A stretch of DNA of 64,000 bases from Microbotryum violaceum (lineage: Eukaryota). Each line of letters starts with the position of its first letter. Within the stretch, counting starts at the first letter, position 1. Location: NCBI GenBank assembly GCA_001244265.2, contig CDLV01000010.1:1612001-1676000 (forward strand), read 5' to 3'. Below the pieces are notes generated by a model that was given only the letters and a program-made list of their open reading frames with translations, ran no database searches and had not been told where the DNA came from. Position numbers and translations under genes: made by a program. Below are positions 1 through 20,384 of this stretch, one piece after another.

Positions 1-999
1 TGCGGAGCACCTTCGCCGACCACTGTATGTTGTCGGCGCGGGCGAATTAGGACTGACTGCGGCTGGACTTGAGAGGCAACTCAAAGACACTCTAGAGGTT
101 GGTCTATATGGTGCGCAGGGCATTCGGTGGACCTATAGCAACCCACTAACTTTAAAACTGGAAAGCTTGCCACCTCTTGGAACGCTGTTCTGCTCATCGA
201 TGAGGTGCGGGTGCGGCAGCTGGACCAGATAGAGCTCACTGATCGGCCAACTTACGCGATGCTCTCGTTGGCCATGCAGGCGGACATCTTCCTCACGAGA
301 CGAAGTCCAGACAACCTTGAACACAACGCCTTGGTGGGAGTGTTCCTACGACGTGAGTCTTTCGCGGGATCTTGGAACCACTGATTCACCCGGCTGACGC
401 TTGGTACTATTCCGCTGCAACATAGAACTGGAGTACTTTACTGGTGGTGAGCACCGCACGAAAAAGCTTGGACTTAGCTCGACCTTTAGATGCTGAACCG
501 ATTGCCCTCGTCCCCGTACAGTTTTGATCTTGACCACGAACGTCATCGAGCAGTCAGTCCTTGAAATCTCACCTTTGCCGTCCCCAAGCCGCCGTCCTAT
601 AGTTTAAACCTCATCTTCCCAGACTCGACGACGCCTTTATCTCTCGCTTTGCTGTCGTGCTTCACTTCAAGATCCTCGACTCTGCGTCTCGTCGTATTCT
701 ATGGGAGCGTGTAAGTTTGGCGTTTGTGGTAGTTGAGCCTCACTTTGCTAATAAGTTACGGACCGATCACTGAATCGTACTGTACATACCCCATACAGTT
801 CCTGGTCAAGGCCGAGGCAGACCCCGAGGAATTCAACTTGGACCGCCTGTCGTCGTTCGAGATGAACGGGCGCGATATCAAGCATGCCGTGAGGATGGCA
901 CAAGCTGTGGCTTTGGTCGAGAAGGAAGGGTTGTGCACATCCCATTTGGAAGAGGTTATTGCTGTGGCAAAGTCGGGCTTTGAGCCTTTGCGCAACTGA
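1..999 (+). CDS. AAA+ ATPase, fungal family (3' part only, multi-exon)
   Basis: Spliced translation gives AEHLRRPLYVVGAGELG...WNAVLLIDE|ADIFL (Walker B)...VLILTTN (sensor 1)...LDDAFISRF (Arg finger)...MNGRDIKHAVRMAQ. Stop TGA ends at 999. The start lies upstream of the window. Confidence 0.85.
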
Positions 1000-1594
1000 A
1001 GAAGATTATTTCTATTTGCGCGAGTCCGAGGCTGTGTAAATGGTACAAAAAGCCTCCAGTCGAGATCCTTATCTGTTTGAAAGCTCTGATAGACGAGTCT
1101 GTAGTTGCTTGCAATCGACATTCGCTGTTGAGGAAGACCGCGATACCGAACGACCCCTGTTCTTTACAGATTGCTTCATCGCCCTCTCAATTGTCATGTA
1201 TATGCTGTGGATACGTACCTCTCTTCTTTTTATCCAGTAGAGGACCGCCCCGGGCAAAATGTTCCAAGGTAGATGCTGGCCAAACAGGATCTCCGGCACC
1301 GCGAGCTTAAATTACGGTGTGCAGACCACTGCGGCTGAACCCACCAAAGCGCGGCGGCGGAGCGCGGCAGTCGCGGTGCCCCCGCGGCCCAACCGGGAGT
1401 CCGACCCGAAGCCCTTCGCGCCCACCCCGGCGGAGCCCACTCGGCATGCGTAGGCCGCTCATGGTAGCGGAGCATCAACTCAGATTCGACTTCGTATGTT
1501 CGCACGGCGACAAGTCATCAGGAAGTTCGACCTTCTCCCTCTCCCCACTCTCCCGAATTGCTCACTCTCTCGACGCTACACTACATTTGTCGCC

Positions 1595-3912
1595 ATGCCT
1601 ACCACCTTCACCATCGCCACCAAGCCCATTGGGTAAGTCCTTGAGCTCTCAGGGGATTGAAAAGCCTGGCTTTCGCTCTCGGAACCGGGTCAGCGTCGTC
1701 GCTGTTTCCTTTCTCCGCCCCCGAGGCCGAAAACCGCCATGTATTCCATGCATACGACTAACACCGAACCCCTCGATCACCTACAGCAAGCCTACGGTCG
1801 GCGTCAACGGCTTCGACGGCGACCACTTCGGCGAGACCACTCTCCTCAAGGCCGGCTCCACTCGCCCCGGATGGGATGGCGAGACCACCGCCCCCCTCAC
1901 GTCCGACATCATGCTCCAACACGATGTCCCACTCGTCATGCGTGATGGTGCCAAGCTCTACTGCGACGTCTACAAGCCCGCCGATGCCAAAGGCCCGATC
2001 CCGTGCTTGGTCATGTGGTCCCCTTACGGCAAAAGGTATTCCTCGATCGACATGTTGCCCGTGACGACGTGGAAGTGCGGTATTCAATCCAAGGATCTTT
2101 CCGGCTGGGAGAAGTTCGAGGGTCTCGACCCCGCCAGGTGGTGTCCTAGGGGTTACGCCATCGCTTCGGTCGACACCCGTGGAGCGGGTAACTCGGACGG
2201 CTTCGTCCAGATCATGGGACAGAACATGGGCGAGGATGGTTACGATGTCATCGAGACCCTCGCCAAGATGGACTGGTGCAACGGCAACATCGGAATGGCG
2301 GGGAACAGTGTGAGTGGCTGTTCTTGTTCGGCTTTCCACAACTCCACAGCGAGCTCCCGCTGACGATATTTCGGCGCAAATCCAGTTCCTCGCCATCTCG
2401 CAATGGCACATCGCCGCTCAACAGCCCCCCTCACTCAAGGCCATCGCCCCTTGGGAAGGATGTGGTGACCTGTTCCGGTAAGTCGAAGCTGTCCCGTATG
2501 ATAAGCGTATTTGACCTCATCCTCGTCGGCTTCCGATCCCGCAGTGAACAATTCGCTCGCGGCGGTGTATTCGAGATCTCCAACATGGACTTGATCAACA
2601 AGCTCATCATCAAGGGTAACAACGGTGTGGAAGACTTTGCCGAGATGTGCAAGTCCAAATCTCGCTCTGGTCACTGATTTCGCACTTGAGCCTAACCAAA
2701 TTTTCTCTGCATACTGACCAACAGATGACCGAGAGCCGCTCCACTCACCTTACGTACGTTCACCATCCCCGGAAACATTCATATCATTTTTCCGAGCTTC
2801 GGGCTGACATGGTACATTTCGACGCGGTTCACAGTGGGCTGACAAGCGACCGGACATGAAGAAGATCAAGATCCCCGCTTATATTTCGGGCTCCGACTTC
2901 TCGTCCATCCACACGATGGGTTCCATCCGAGGCTTCTGGGAGTGCCAAGGCCCCAAGTGGCTCCGTTGGGCTGGACGTCAGGTAAGAGGCTCTCGACTGT
3001 GTTCTGGGATCAGGCTGTGCGGTAGGGCTGATCACGATGTTTTGGCTCCTGCAGGAATGGCACGATCTCTACGTCATCAAGGAGACGAATGAGGAGTTGA
3101 TGGAGTTCTTCGACCACTACTTGTACGGCAAGGGAAACAATTTTGTCAAGGACACCCCCAAGATCCGCTGGGCGCTCTTGCAAGGTGGTGACCGCGACGC
3201 GATTGAGAACATCCCCATCCCCGACTTCCCCCTCCCCGACACCGACTACCGAGAGTTCTTCCTCGCCGAAGACGGCAAGCTCGCCAGTGTCTCGCCGGAA
3301 AATGCCAGCACCGTTTCTTACGTCTCGAGAGGTGAGGGGAAGAGCGTTGTCAACTTTGATCTGAAGTTCAACGAGAAGACCCAGCTCGTCGGTATCCCCA
3401 AGGCGATCGTTCACATGTCAGCCGATGACCACGACGACATGAACGTTTACATCACTCTCAAAAAGCTCGACAAGGACGGCAACCAGCTGATGCACATGAC
3501 CATCCCTCGCGAGCGCGCACTCGCACCCTCCCACGCCGAGATCGCGGAGAAGGACCGCACCTCACTTCTGCTCCACCCTGGCTCGCTCGGTGTCTTGCGC
3601 GCATCTCATCGCCACATCGATGCCTCCAAGAGCATCCACCCCAACTGGCCCTGGCACCCGCACACATTCGAGGAGAAGGTCGAGCGTGGTCAGATCGTCA
3701 AGCTCGAGATCGGTATCTGGGCCATGGGTTGGCAATACGATGCCGGCGAGTCCTTGAGGGTCGAGATCTGCGGTGGTCACGACATGAACCACGAGATCCG
3801 GCATTTCACTACCAAGTTTCCGGCCGAGAGCACACTCAACAAGGGTGTGCACAAGGTCCACTTTGGGGGCGAGTACGCGAGCAAGGTCATCCTTCCGTTT
3901 GTCAGCATTTGA
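1595..3912 (+). CDS. CocE/NonD family (peptidase S15-like) alpha/beta hydrolase with C-terminal PepX_C-like domain
   Basis: ATG at 1595. Motifs MRDGAKLYCDVYKP, WSPYGK, FEGLDPARWCPRGYAIASVDTRGAGNSDG, nucleophile elbow GMAGNS|FLA and C-terminal LRASHR. About 6 introns, including a GC-AG intron at 2649. Confidence 0.9.
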
Positions 3913-4435
3913 GTCGTTTGTCGTATTTGCAATTTCTGATCCGGGGCGGTTCCGCCATACCTAATCTACGAGCTGAGGTCTGCTACACTCCCGAGAGAGC
4001 AGGTTGGGCTCAAATATGGCTCATTGAATAAGTCGTGCTGCTAGACTTGACTACTCGACGACGAGGCGGGACTTACGAGTACTGCGACCGCGGTTTGTGC
4101 TCGGAATCGGTCTCCGCAGGCCGAATGGAGCGCCCATCACCAACGCGGGCGTTCCGGAATCTGTAATTCTTTCCGGGCGGGTCGACGAGTAGGTACTTAC
4201 TTATAGTGCCTAGATACCTGCCGTGGACACGTACTCATAAGAGGATGGAGAAAAGGATAGTGAGTTTCCGGTTCACTGAATTTGGTGTATTTGTCCACTC
4301 AAGTGCCAACTGCAGAACGTAGGCGCGCCGACAAACGAATTCACAATTCGGCTAGAACTCGGCGAGAGATTGGGGAGCAAAAATACCAACATTGCATCAC
4401 CAAAAGAAAAGATGTAATAACACACACATAAAAAA

Positions 4436-5717
4436 CTAAGCCGACATGGTTTCGATGTAAGGGATTCCGGTCAACTTGAACGCCCTCTCGCTAAGCACCG
4501 GCTTCTTCCTCGGTGCCCAGGTGTTGAGGGGGTCGTTCTCGCCATTCCTCTTGGGTGCGACAAAGTGCTCGATGAAAGGCTGGAAGCCTTGCGGCCAGTG
4601 AGAGTGACCCTTGGTCGTCTCGAAAAGCTGCTTCTTCTGGAGGAGGTCCTCCTTGGTCGCAGTGTGGACCGGGGCGTAGCAGGTGTAGACGACGAAGCGG
4701 GCGGTCTCGCCTTTGGGAGCGACGTTGTAGTGGGGTGCTCGCGAGTCCCAGAGAACGAGATCTCCGGGCTCGCAGTTGACCTTGACCCACTCGAGTCCTA
4801 GCTCCTTCAACCATGCGAGACCCGTGTCTTTAAACAAGTACATCTGTGCGAAGTGGAAGCCCGGTATTGATCAGCAAAATGAAGGGCTTCCGACGAGGAC
4901 CGGGCGGGGCAAGAAAGGCTTACCTCGTTAGTCCACCTGAACTCGCGCTCCTCTTCTCGGAACTGGTCGTGATACTCCTTGGAGACAAGGTGTCCACCCT
5001 TGAGGACCATCAAGCCACCATCGTTCTGGCCGCAGGGGTTCAAGTTGACGAAGCCTTGGACGCAGCGAAATCCGGGGCGCTCGGGGTCTTGGTCCTGGTG
5101 GGGCCACGGCTTGACTTCGGGCAAATCACGGCGGTTCGGCAGCGAGACGTTAACGGCATCGAACGAGACCAAGAGGTCCTCGGTGTCAAACAACTTCTCG
5201 AAGGCGCCAATGACGTTGGGCTCGGATCGGACGGCCCAGGTGAAGCCCTGTGCGAGGTCAAGGTCCACGTCAGCGATCTGATCGGAGTCCGGGCCAGTCG
5301 AGGCGCGCGGGGAGGGAAAAGTTACCTCGTGGGGGGCACCGTAGGCCTGAACGAGACCCTTTTGGTGGATGATGGGCAAGCACTCCTCCCTGATGGTCGA
5401 GGGGTCATCACGCTTATAGCCGAGTCCAAACTCCTCGAGCCATTGGTGGATGTCCTCTGCGAAAGCGGATGAGAGGTGGAAAAGTGTCAGCCGCGGCATA
5501 CTTGCACTGGGTTCCAAATTCCGCACTGTATACAGAAAAAAGACTCACGAGTGTAGCCGTAGGCCTTCTCGGGCGAGAGGACACCCTTGACGACGGCATA
5601 ACCGTCGCGGACGAGGTCGTCGCGGAAATCGTTGTACTTAGTCTTGCCGCTGAAGTCGAGGCAGGTCAACTCAGGCGTGGCGTGGACGACGCTAGGGGGA
5701 GTGGCGTGGACGACCAT
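4436..5717 (-). CDS. Phytanoyl-CoA dioxygenase (PhyH)-like Fe(II)/2-oxoglutarate dioxygenase
   Basis: RDGYAVVKGVLS at the N-terminus, WPHQDQD (HxD), GGLMVLKGGH and GDLVLWDSRAPH (distal His). Three introns. Confidence 0.85.
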
Positions 5718-6399
5718 GTTTTCAAAATGCTTTTGATGTAGTGGTGTAGTTAGTAGGTAGTCGAGCGGTGTCTCTGTACGAATGTGAGGTGAGTAGCGAT
5801 CCGGAAGCAAAGCGTCCAGTCCGAAGCCCGATTGGTTACCAGTTCCCCGCAGCTCCCCGCGTGGAGGCGACTTTTGCGGTGGCCCGGAGCCGACGCCCAC
5901 CCGACTCCGACGGACCGAGGCGGCAAGGCCAGCCACGGCGCTCCGGCGCCCCAAGCGCCCAAAATGGGCGTGTAGAACGTTGAGCGCCGAGACTCCCGCT
6001 CCGACGGCGACGGCGCCCACTCGGCCCCAAAACTCGACCGCGATCTCGCCCGCACCCGCTCGCCGAGCATCGTTAATGCGACGGCCGGATTCGATGTTGA
6101 TGTAATAGGGGTGCGTCCTGACCAACGCCCGGCAGATCTGTGCTCAGGTGCTACAGCCAGCTTATCAGATTGTTTAGGCTCCGCGATTTCTTGTCATCGG
6201 CCGGTCGTCAGTAGTGAAGTGATTTCGACAGAGCGCGATAAGGTTGTAGAACCTGCAGCTGATCGAGCGCTTCATTCAAACTTTCTGCTGTTGCTGTTCA
6301 GCCGAGAAATGCCGACGGCATGACGAACTTTAAACAATTTCTTGTTGTTTCATAGAGCTCAAAAAGCATCTAGCCAAGACACGTATCTCCCATGATTGC

Positions 6400-13747
<7,348 letters not shown>

Positions 13748-14659
13748 TGTTTACGACAACTTTCCTGGCAGAAGGTTGCGGAGTAACGGGCTGCAGTGGG
13801 GTGGAGGGAGGTGACAGATGTGCAGGCGCTAACTGGCCCGGCCGTCGCAGGTGATCGATGATGCAAGGCCCGGAAAATCGATGCCAAAGGCTTGGGGGGG
13901 AGGGAGTGGAGGAGGCTCGGTCTACTAGTAGTAGGGAATCCACGGAGGGGACCAAAGCTTAGGACAGCTGTAGACTCCAATTTTGAGCGCCAGAAATGCT
14001 CGAGCAAATTAGAAATTGTTCAACTGAGAAGCGCTTGCCCCGCCCCGACCTCGAAGTCACCCCCACTCGCCAGCTCGATTCGGTGTCTGGCGTGTTCCGT
14101 TCCGGGGTACCTTTCCGGTGCTTGGGTAGCTGGCTCTGTGATGGCGGCACGTCGATCCGCCTCCCGTTGGTTTGCAACAAGACAAGCTCGGTCGTGAGAA
14201 GCGCATGACCGCTTCCTATTCCACCTGTGACTGGCGGCCGACTTGACTCAGATCTTCTGTACCGATCACGCTGTCTCCGCGGTGACCGCGCAGACAAAAA
14301 TGATCAACGAGGCCATGGTTGAGCTTAGCAAAAATGGTGCATGATTTACGATTACACAACATGTTCTGCATCCGATTTGAAGCTCGCAGATTCGCCACGG
14401 TGCCTGCTCATGATACCGAAGCCCTTTTGGCTCTGCTCGAGATCTGTGCAGTGACAGGGAAAATTCGGCAAGTAGGCCATGGCGCGTTCAACCTTCTTCC
14501 GAGGCCTGAGCGCGTGAGTGAGTAGTGAGTGTCGGGCGCGCGCCTGCTCGACCGTTACCGTTGCGCGTTGAGCCTCAAGTCTGTCCTCGCTGCGTTCTGC
14601 ATCAGCTCTTTCCAGTTTCGACTCCCTCAAAAGTAGGAGCGAGGCCAGGAATCGACAAT

Positions 14660-16232
14660 ATGCGGAAATCGACCTCTGCACCACTCTTCTGCTTTGCTTT
14701 GCTGTGCTACGCCTTGCTCGTGGTCAAAGCGATCCCCGCGTCGGTTCAACCTTTGTCGCGCGCTAAAGTCGTCGCCTCGCTGCCGTCAAAGCGACAGCAG
14801 CAACAGCAGGAATTCGTGCTTCAAGACACATCACCACCCACTATCGTTGCCTCTGCCCCCATTGACGCCCTCGCTAGAGCAGCCGTCGCCGACACGGTCC
14901 AAGCTGAGGCGCACGAGGACCGTTTCGTTCAACCCGACGTCGGCCTGCTCAAGTCGGTACAGGAGAATGCGCAGGAACAAGTGGTACGACCCACTTCGAT
15001 CCGAGCCGCCAAACCTCGACATCCCCATACGATGCCTAATCTCAGAGTACGGCCCGAACTGAGGTGAGAGCTGCTTGTCCAGCTGTGATGCCGTCATGTC
15101 ACTCGACGCGGAATGCCGACGAGCGTGAATGCGACACGCTTTGTTCGCTCGACGCGTCCTCCGCGTGACCCACGACTTTGGCGCGCGTTGAGTGATGCGG
15201 CGAAGCGCGACCATGAACTATCACTGACTCGGACTGGCCACCACCGGTACTGTCACTTTCCTATAGGCTCAAGAATGCCATTGCCAAAGATAACTCGCCC
15301 TTTGCTAGAGGCGTACGCGACATCGGCCAACGAGCAACGATGCGAAGGATGCCTGCTCGCGCCTCGGTAAGTCAGCGGCTTCGCTCAAGCAAAGCAAGGT
15401 CCGAGAGGACGTCAAATCACTGACGTGACTTGATCCTCTAGCCACCAATGCTCGTCAACCATGAAGCTGAGGCGACCCGCAGCGCCACCAAATTGTACAC
15501 GGATTTAAAGCGCGCTGTCGAAGAGTTTGCCCTGTCTCGGTACGTCGGAGCCACGGAGGCCAATATGAGGAAGGATTGCCGGCTAATTCAACTTCGACCT
15601 GTAGGAGACCCGGCCCCCCTTTCGATGCTCGCAACCAGTCGACCTATCTCGAGCTTCCCCTCGAAGACGTGCAGATTCAGAACGAGTGGCTTGGCGTGTC
15701 GCTCGTGGCAGCCATGGTCGATCCGTAAGTCTAGCATTCTGCCGTCTGGCATTTTTCCTAGACTGAGGTGCTACTCTGGTTTCCGCAGGACATCCGACCA
15801 GATTGCTGTGCCTAGAGCAATAGCAGAGATGATATATTCGTCCATCGAGGGCGCTTCTATCGACCCGCATCTGTCAGACACTCGAGGGACCGTTTTCTCC
15901 TATCCGTGCTCGTAGGTCCTTTATATTTAATGAAGCACACTCGACTCCGGGAGCTGACCCTCCGTAATTCTTGAAACCGGATCAGCACACCTATCGACTT
16001 CAAGTTCCGACTTTCCCAGGCCTCAACGTCAATGAAGAACGATCGCGAACGCCAGGCTGAGGAATCCGAAAGGACATTCCGTCTCAATCAGTTCCGACTG
16101 GAGACCCTCAAACCTCAATCCACACGATGCATTGGGGCCGTGTACGGGCTGGAGGATCTGACGGATATAGCGGGTGAAGTGGGCTTGGCTGAGGGGCGGT
16201 TGGGCTTCCAGAGTCACAGAAGAAAAAGATGA
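14660..16232 (+). CDS. Secreted protein with a degenerate pepsin-like (A1 aspartic peptidase) C-terminal lobe
   Basis: Signal-peptide-like start MRKSTSAPLFCFALLCYALLVVKA. Five in-frame GT-AG introns give YLELPLEDVQIQNEWLGVSLVAAMVDPTSDQIAVPRAIAEMIYSSIEGA...FSYPC...RCIGAV. The 3' end is uncertain. Confidence 0.5.
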
Positions 16233-16988
16233 GTGGGAGTGTGGCAAGTGTGGTAATGGGTTTCTTGGTGTGTTTTCGTAGTCTAACAGTGTAGCCTTAG
16301 TGTATCGTGTGTGGTGCAATGCTCAGAGGCTCGAGAGGAGCGTCCTCTTCAACCAAACACCGTGGCGATCGGTTTTGACATTGAGCTTAGGACCAACGCT
16401 TTCGAGCTGATCTGATACAAAGGGTCGCAACCCGGTCGTTAAGGACGGCTAGGAGAAGAATCGTGACCATTGCGGGGGTATGCAAACGAGCCTTTGACGG
16501 CTGTCCGCTGCAACGAATGTATTGCACTGGTGAGGATGTGGCTGGCTCAATTTGAGATCGCGCTCTCGGAAGCGACTCGGGTCCGTCAATCGCGCGTGGG
16601 CTGCCGCGGATCAATCAACACCTCCCCTGCTACTCCCTCATGGCTCAGTGACCACGCCTCTTCCACCCATCATCCGACGATGGCTAGCATTGAGAGGAAG
16701 AGGCTCTAGTGTAAGCACATTCATCAACTTGGCATCTGTTCCTCTTTCGCCCGCCCTCGCCTCCCCAGCACCGCTGAACGGGCCTTCGCCACGGCTCGAG
16801 GGTCGGTCGGCTGGCTCACCCGGCCTTCTACGTCCTGCGAGTAGCCCCACCTCACCTCAGAGCCACCCGGCTCACACGCTATAAGAGGTCCTCCTCGCAC
16901 CAGAGTAAGTTTTTCAGTGTGTATGTATAATCTCGAGACCAGGAACACCACGCTGACTCTCACTATTAGCAGGTGAGGTCTCAGGACG

Positions 16989-19900
16989 ATGACGATCTCA
17001 CCCGCGAGCACAGCCCCGCCGGCATCGCCACCAGCTTCGGTGCCGTCAACAACCTCCCAGACGAAACTAAGCATGACCACGACCAAGCCTTCACTGAGCG
17101 CGACTCTCATCAAGAGGGTCGGGGGTCGACCGGTTTACGTCGTCGCTCCGCCTCGGAGGCCAAGCTCGAAGTCGCCGAGCGCAGTGGCTCCACGACCGAA
17201 GGACTCTCGTTCCAGTCTTAATTTGGCAAGATTGAGCTCGCAAGGATCACTAGATGACTCGAAGACTTCTCCTGAAATAAGGCGCTCGCTTTCATCTTTG
17301 GCCAACCTTCCTGCGGACTCCAGTGCGAGCTCGATCGAGTCCATGTCGGCCTCTAACCTCGGGATCGACCCTGCCGCCAAGACGTCAACCGAGCGAGCAC
17401 CTTCTCTTGCAGCAACGAGTCTCCCAGTCCCACAACCCAAACCCAAGTCCCCCCACCATCTAGCTTTCGAATTTCGACCACTGACACAATCCACGCCATG
17501 TACCGTCGAGCACGAGCGATTCCCTGCTGCGATGGAACAAGACCGAGCAGGTATATACGCCCCTCGGGCCAGAGGAGGTCCCATGATGCGCAACATCACC
17601 ACACAAACGGTGAACGAGCCTGTACGCAAGATCATCTCCTGCACGGATTCTCGAGCGGAGAGCGAAGAAGTGCTTGCCTTGCTTGGGAGAAGCTCCAACG
17701 TCTCGAAAGGAAAGGCACCGAAAATTGACCCGCTACCGTCGAGCACATTCGACTCGCCTTCGTCCTCTTTTTGTGTGCCATCTTCTTCGTTTTTTCTCGA
17801 GCAAAGGTTCTCGTCTCCGATTGCTAGGCGGACGGCTGGCTCCCCCAAACGCCCAGCATCGCCAGGACGTCGGGCGAATATGACTCAGGCTGAGGAGGAA
17901 TGTGAGACATCAAGCAATGTAATGTAACTATGACTCTGTAAACTGATTTACACCAAGTGTACCTAGATTCAACGTCCAGAATATTCACCAGTCTACTTAC
18001 TCAACAGGAGGCTGCTTCCACCCCCACCCCCGCTCTCGACCCCCCTCCTCCCCTTGCTGCTTCGGAGTGGAGCCACCACGAAGACGGTCTTCGTCGTCTA
18101 CTGCAAGGGATGGGGTTCAATTCAAAGCGAGCTCGTAAACGCGTCAGTCGACCCGAAGGGATGATTGACTGGTGGGAGGAGCGGCAAGAGAAGAAGAGGA
18201 AACGAGAGGGGAAGGCGCAAGGGCAGGGTCAAGCGGAAGATCGACGAGGTAATGGAGAAGTAAAAGGTGACGGAGCAGAAGATGGGGACGGGGATGAGGT
18301 GTTTGGTGCGGCTCTACCGCCGTGTGGCCAGCCCAACCAGAATCTTGAGTTGGACGATCCGATGGATGTGGTCGCGCAGATGCAGCAGAATGGAGAAGAG
18401 GAAGCGCGACAGGACCAAGATGTGGCGCCGCCAACACGGAATGATGTCGCCGATGACGACGAAGTTCCCGATGTGGATAACATGGTCGAGATGAGAAGAT
18501 TGCAACATGCCGGCGGCGATGGGCTGCGACGACTACTAGGAAGTGTGGACCCCGATTCGCCAAGGAGCAGGAAACGAGCCGAACCACCAACCGGGATGGT
18601 CTCTTGGACCGCCGTTCTGACGCCCCGATCACCGAAAAAAGGGAGGATTTCGGATGCATTAATTCCCAAGCTCGACTTCAAATGCGCAACATCTTCGCCT
18701 GCTGTTGACAAGCAACAACACTTGGCGCCACAATCCACGCCACCTTCTTCTCCTGGCCCCGCATCGTCATCTGCCGGACCCAACACTCCTCCACCCACCC
18801 AGTCAGTACTCAGCATGATGCCCCGCAACCTCTTGGACGTGAACGACTCGTCGCTCAGGCGCATGCTCGAGGACGTCAAGGCCGGTGATAAGCGCTACCG
18901 CAAGCGGACCGAGCGGCTGCCGAGCATGCTCGAGTGGTCGCAGGTGAAGGAAATGAATCGGAGAACGAAAGTCCCGGCCTCGATGGCCACTCAGGTTGTG
19001 AAGCCAAAGTCGGCTCGGAAACGGTCTCAGGTCGAGGCGCAGGCAGTGCCAGCGGACGTTGCCGCCGATCTCGGCAAGCATGCGACACCGGTCGCTCCTA
19101 AAGAACCAGTGCTGGCGTGGCATCCACCAACCCCTTCGTCCAACCCTAAGCCAGCACCCGACATTCCGCCCACCGGCGATGACGAACAAACCACCGGGGA
19201 TGAAGAACAGGCGCACGACTGTATCGCCAAGGCGAGCACTGGACCCCTTCCGCAACATCTGATCGTCCCGCGCAACCTCATTGCCGCATCCGACGAGGGC
19301 CTACGCCGCATGTTGAGCGATGTTGCTCATAACGGTCCAAGACGAAGGCGGAAGACCGAACAACCACCTGGGATGGTCGGATGGAAGATGGTGAGACTGA
19401 CGGGACGGCAACCGTCTAGCAAGCCACCGTCCAAGAAGTTGAAGAAGAGCGAGGCGATTGCTCCAATTTCGACAGGTGTTGTACCGGTCAACGAGATAAA
19501 CATTGCTGCCAAAGTTGCAAACGGGTCGGAAGCTTCCAAAGGCGCCGCTCTTCAGATTCCGGCCCGGGACAACGACCTCATACCACCCGACTCTTCGCAA
19601 GCACGTGACGAAGCCGAGTTCGCGCGTCTCATTGAAGAGCTCAGAGCGGGACCCGATGTTGGGGAAGAACTATGTCAATGCACGGAGCGCCTACATAAGC
19701 TGGCTGACGCAATCGTGCAACGCCGCAATGATCAGGCGCTTGATCAGGGGCTTCGACGGCGGAGATCGGACAACTACTTTGAGGACGGTTTGGTCGAGGT
19801 GAAGGCTGAAGACATGGAGAATGACGAGGACGCGGCGACAGAGGCGGAAGAAGATGAAGACGAGGAGGCCGTCGAAGAGGACGAACTAAGTGCACGACTA

Positions 19901-20065
19901 GTTTGGGCCAGTCCTGGCAAGACGAGTGGGCCGAAGATTATGACCTGGGTCAAGAGCGCCTTTGACAGATTGCATTGGTTAGGTGAGCGAGTCCAAGTTG
20001 TGGACTCGACGGAGGACGCGCGGTTGAGCCAGATCTCGGCCGATCTCGGGGAAGGGTCGGAGTAA
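16989..20065 (+). CDS. Hypothetical ~1000-aa low-complexity protein with four copies of a 30-aa motif
   Basis: ORFs 16989-17927 and 17957-20065 join in phase 0 through an intron at about 17919-18007 (GTAATG...CAACAG). The true start is uncertain. Confidence 0.7.
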
Positions 20066-20384
20066 TTTATTTGATGCGAACTGCTGTTCTTTTCGTAGGA
20101 TTTTGTTGCGGTATACCTCCCTAGTGTAGTAGTTGTAATTTGACGCACTCATGAGCTCTACGGAGGGTCTTGCGGTCTTCTATACAATATAACATTTTTT
20201 ATTGATTAAGGAGCCCAAGCACCCCTCGCCTCGTCCAGCCTCGTTCTCACTCGCGATCGCCGCCTCAACTCCATTAGCTTCCCCTGTGCCCACAGAGGAT
20301 ATCGCCTTCTGTTGCACCCCATTCCAACACACCGGTCTCTTCTCCGACGCGCCACACGCCTTCAAGACGCAGTCTAGAGCTCGC

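Noticed and set aside
5677-5714. Direct repeat GTGGCGTGGACGAC x2
   Set aside because: It encodes a duplicated VVHATP peptide at the dioxygenase N-terminus, a trivial micro-duplication.
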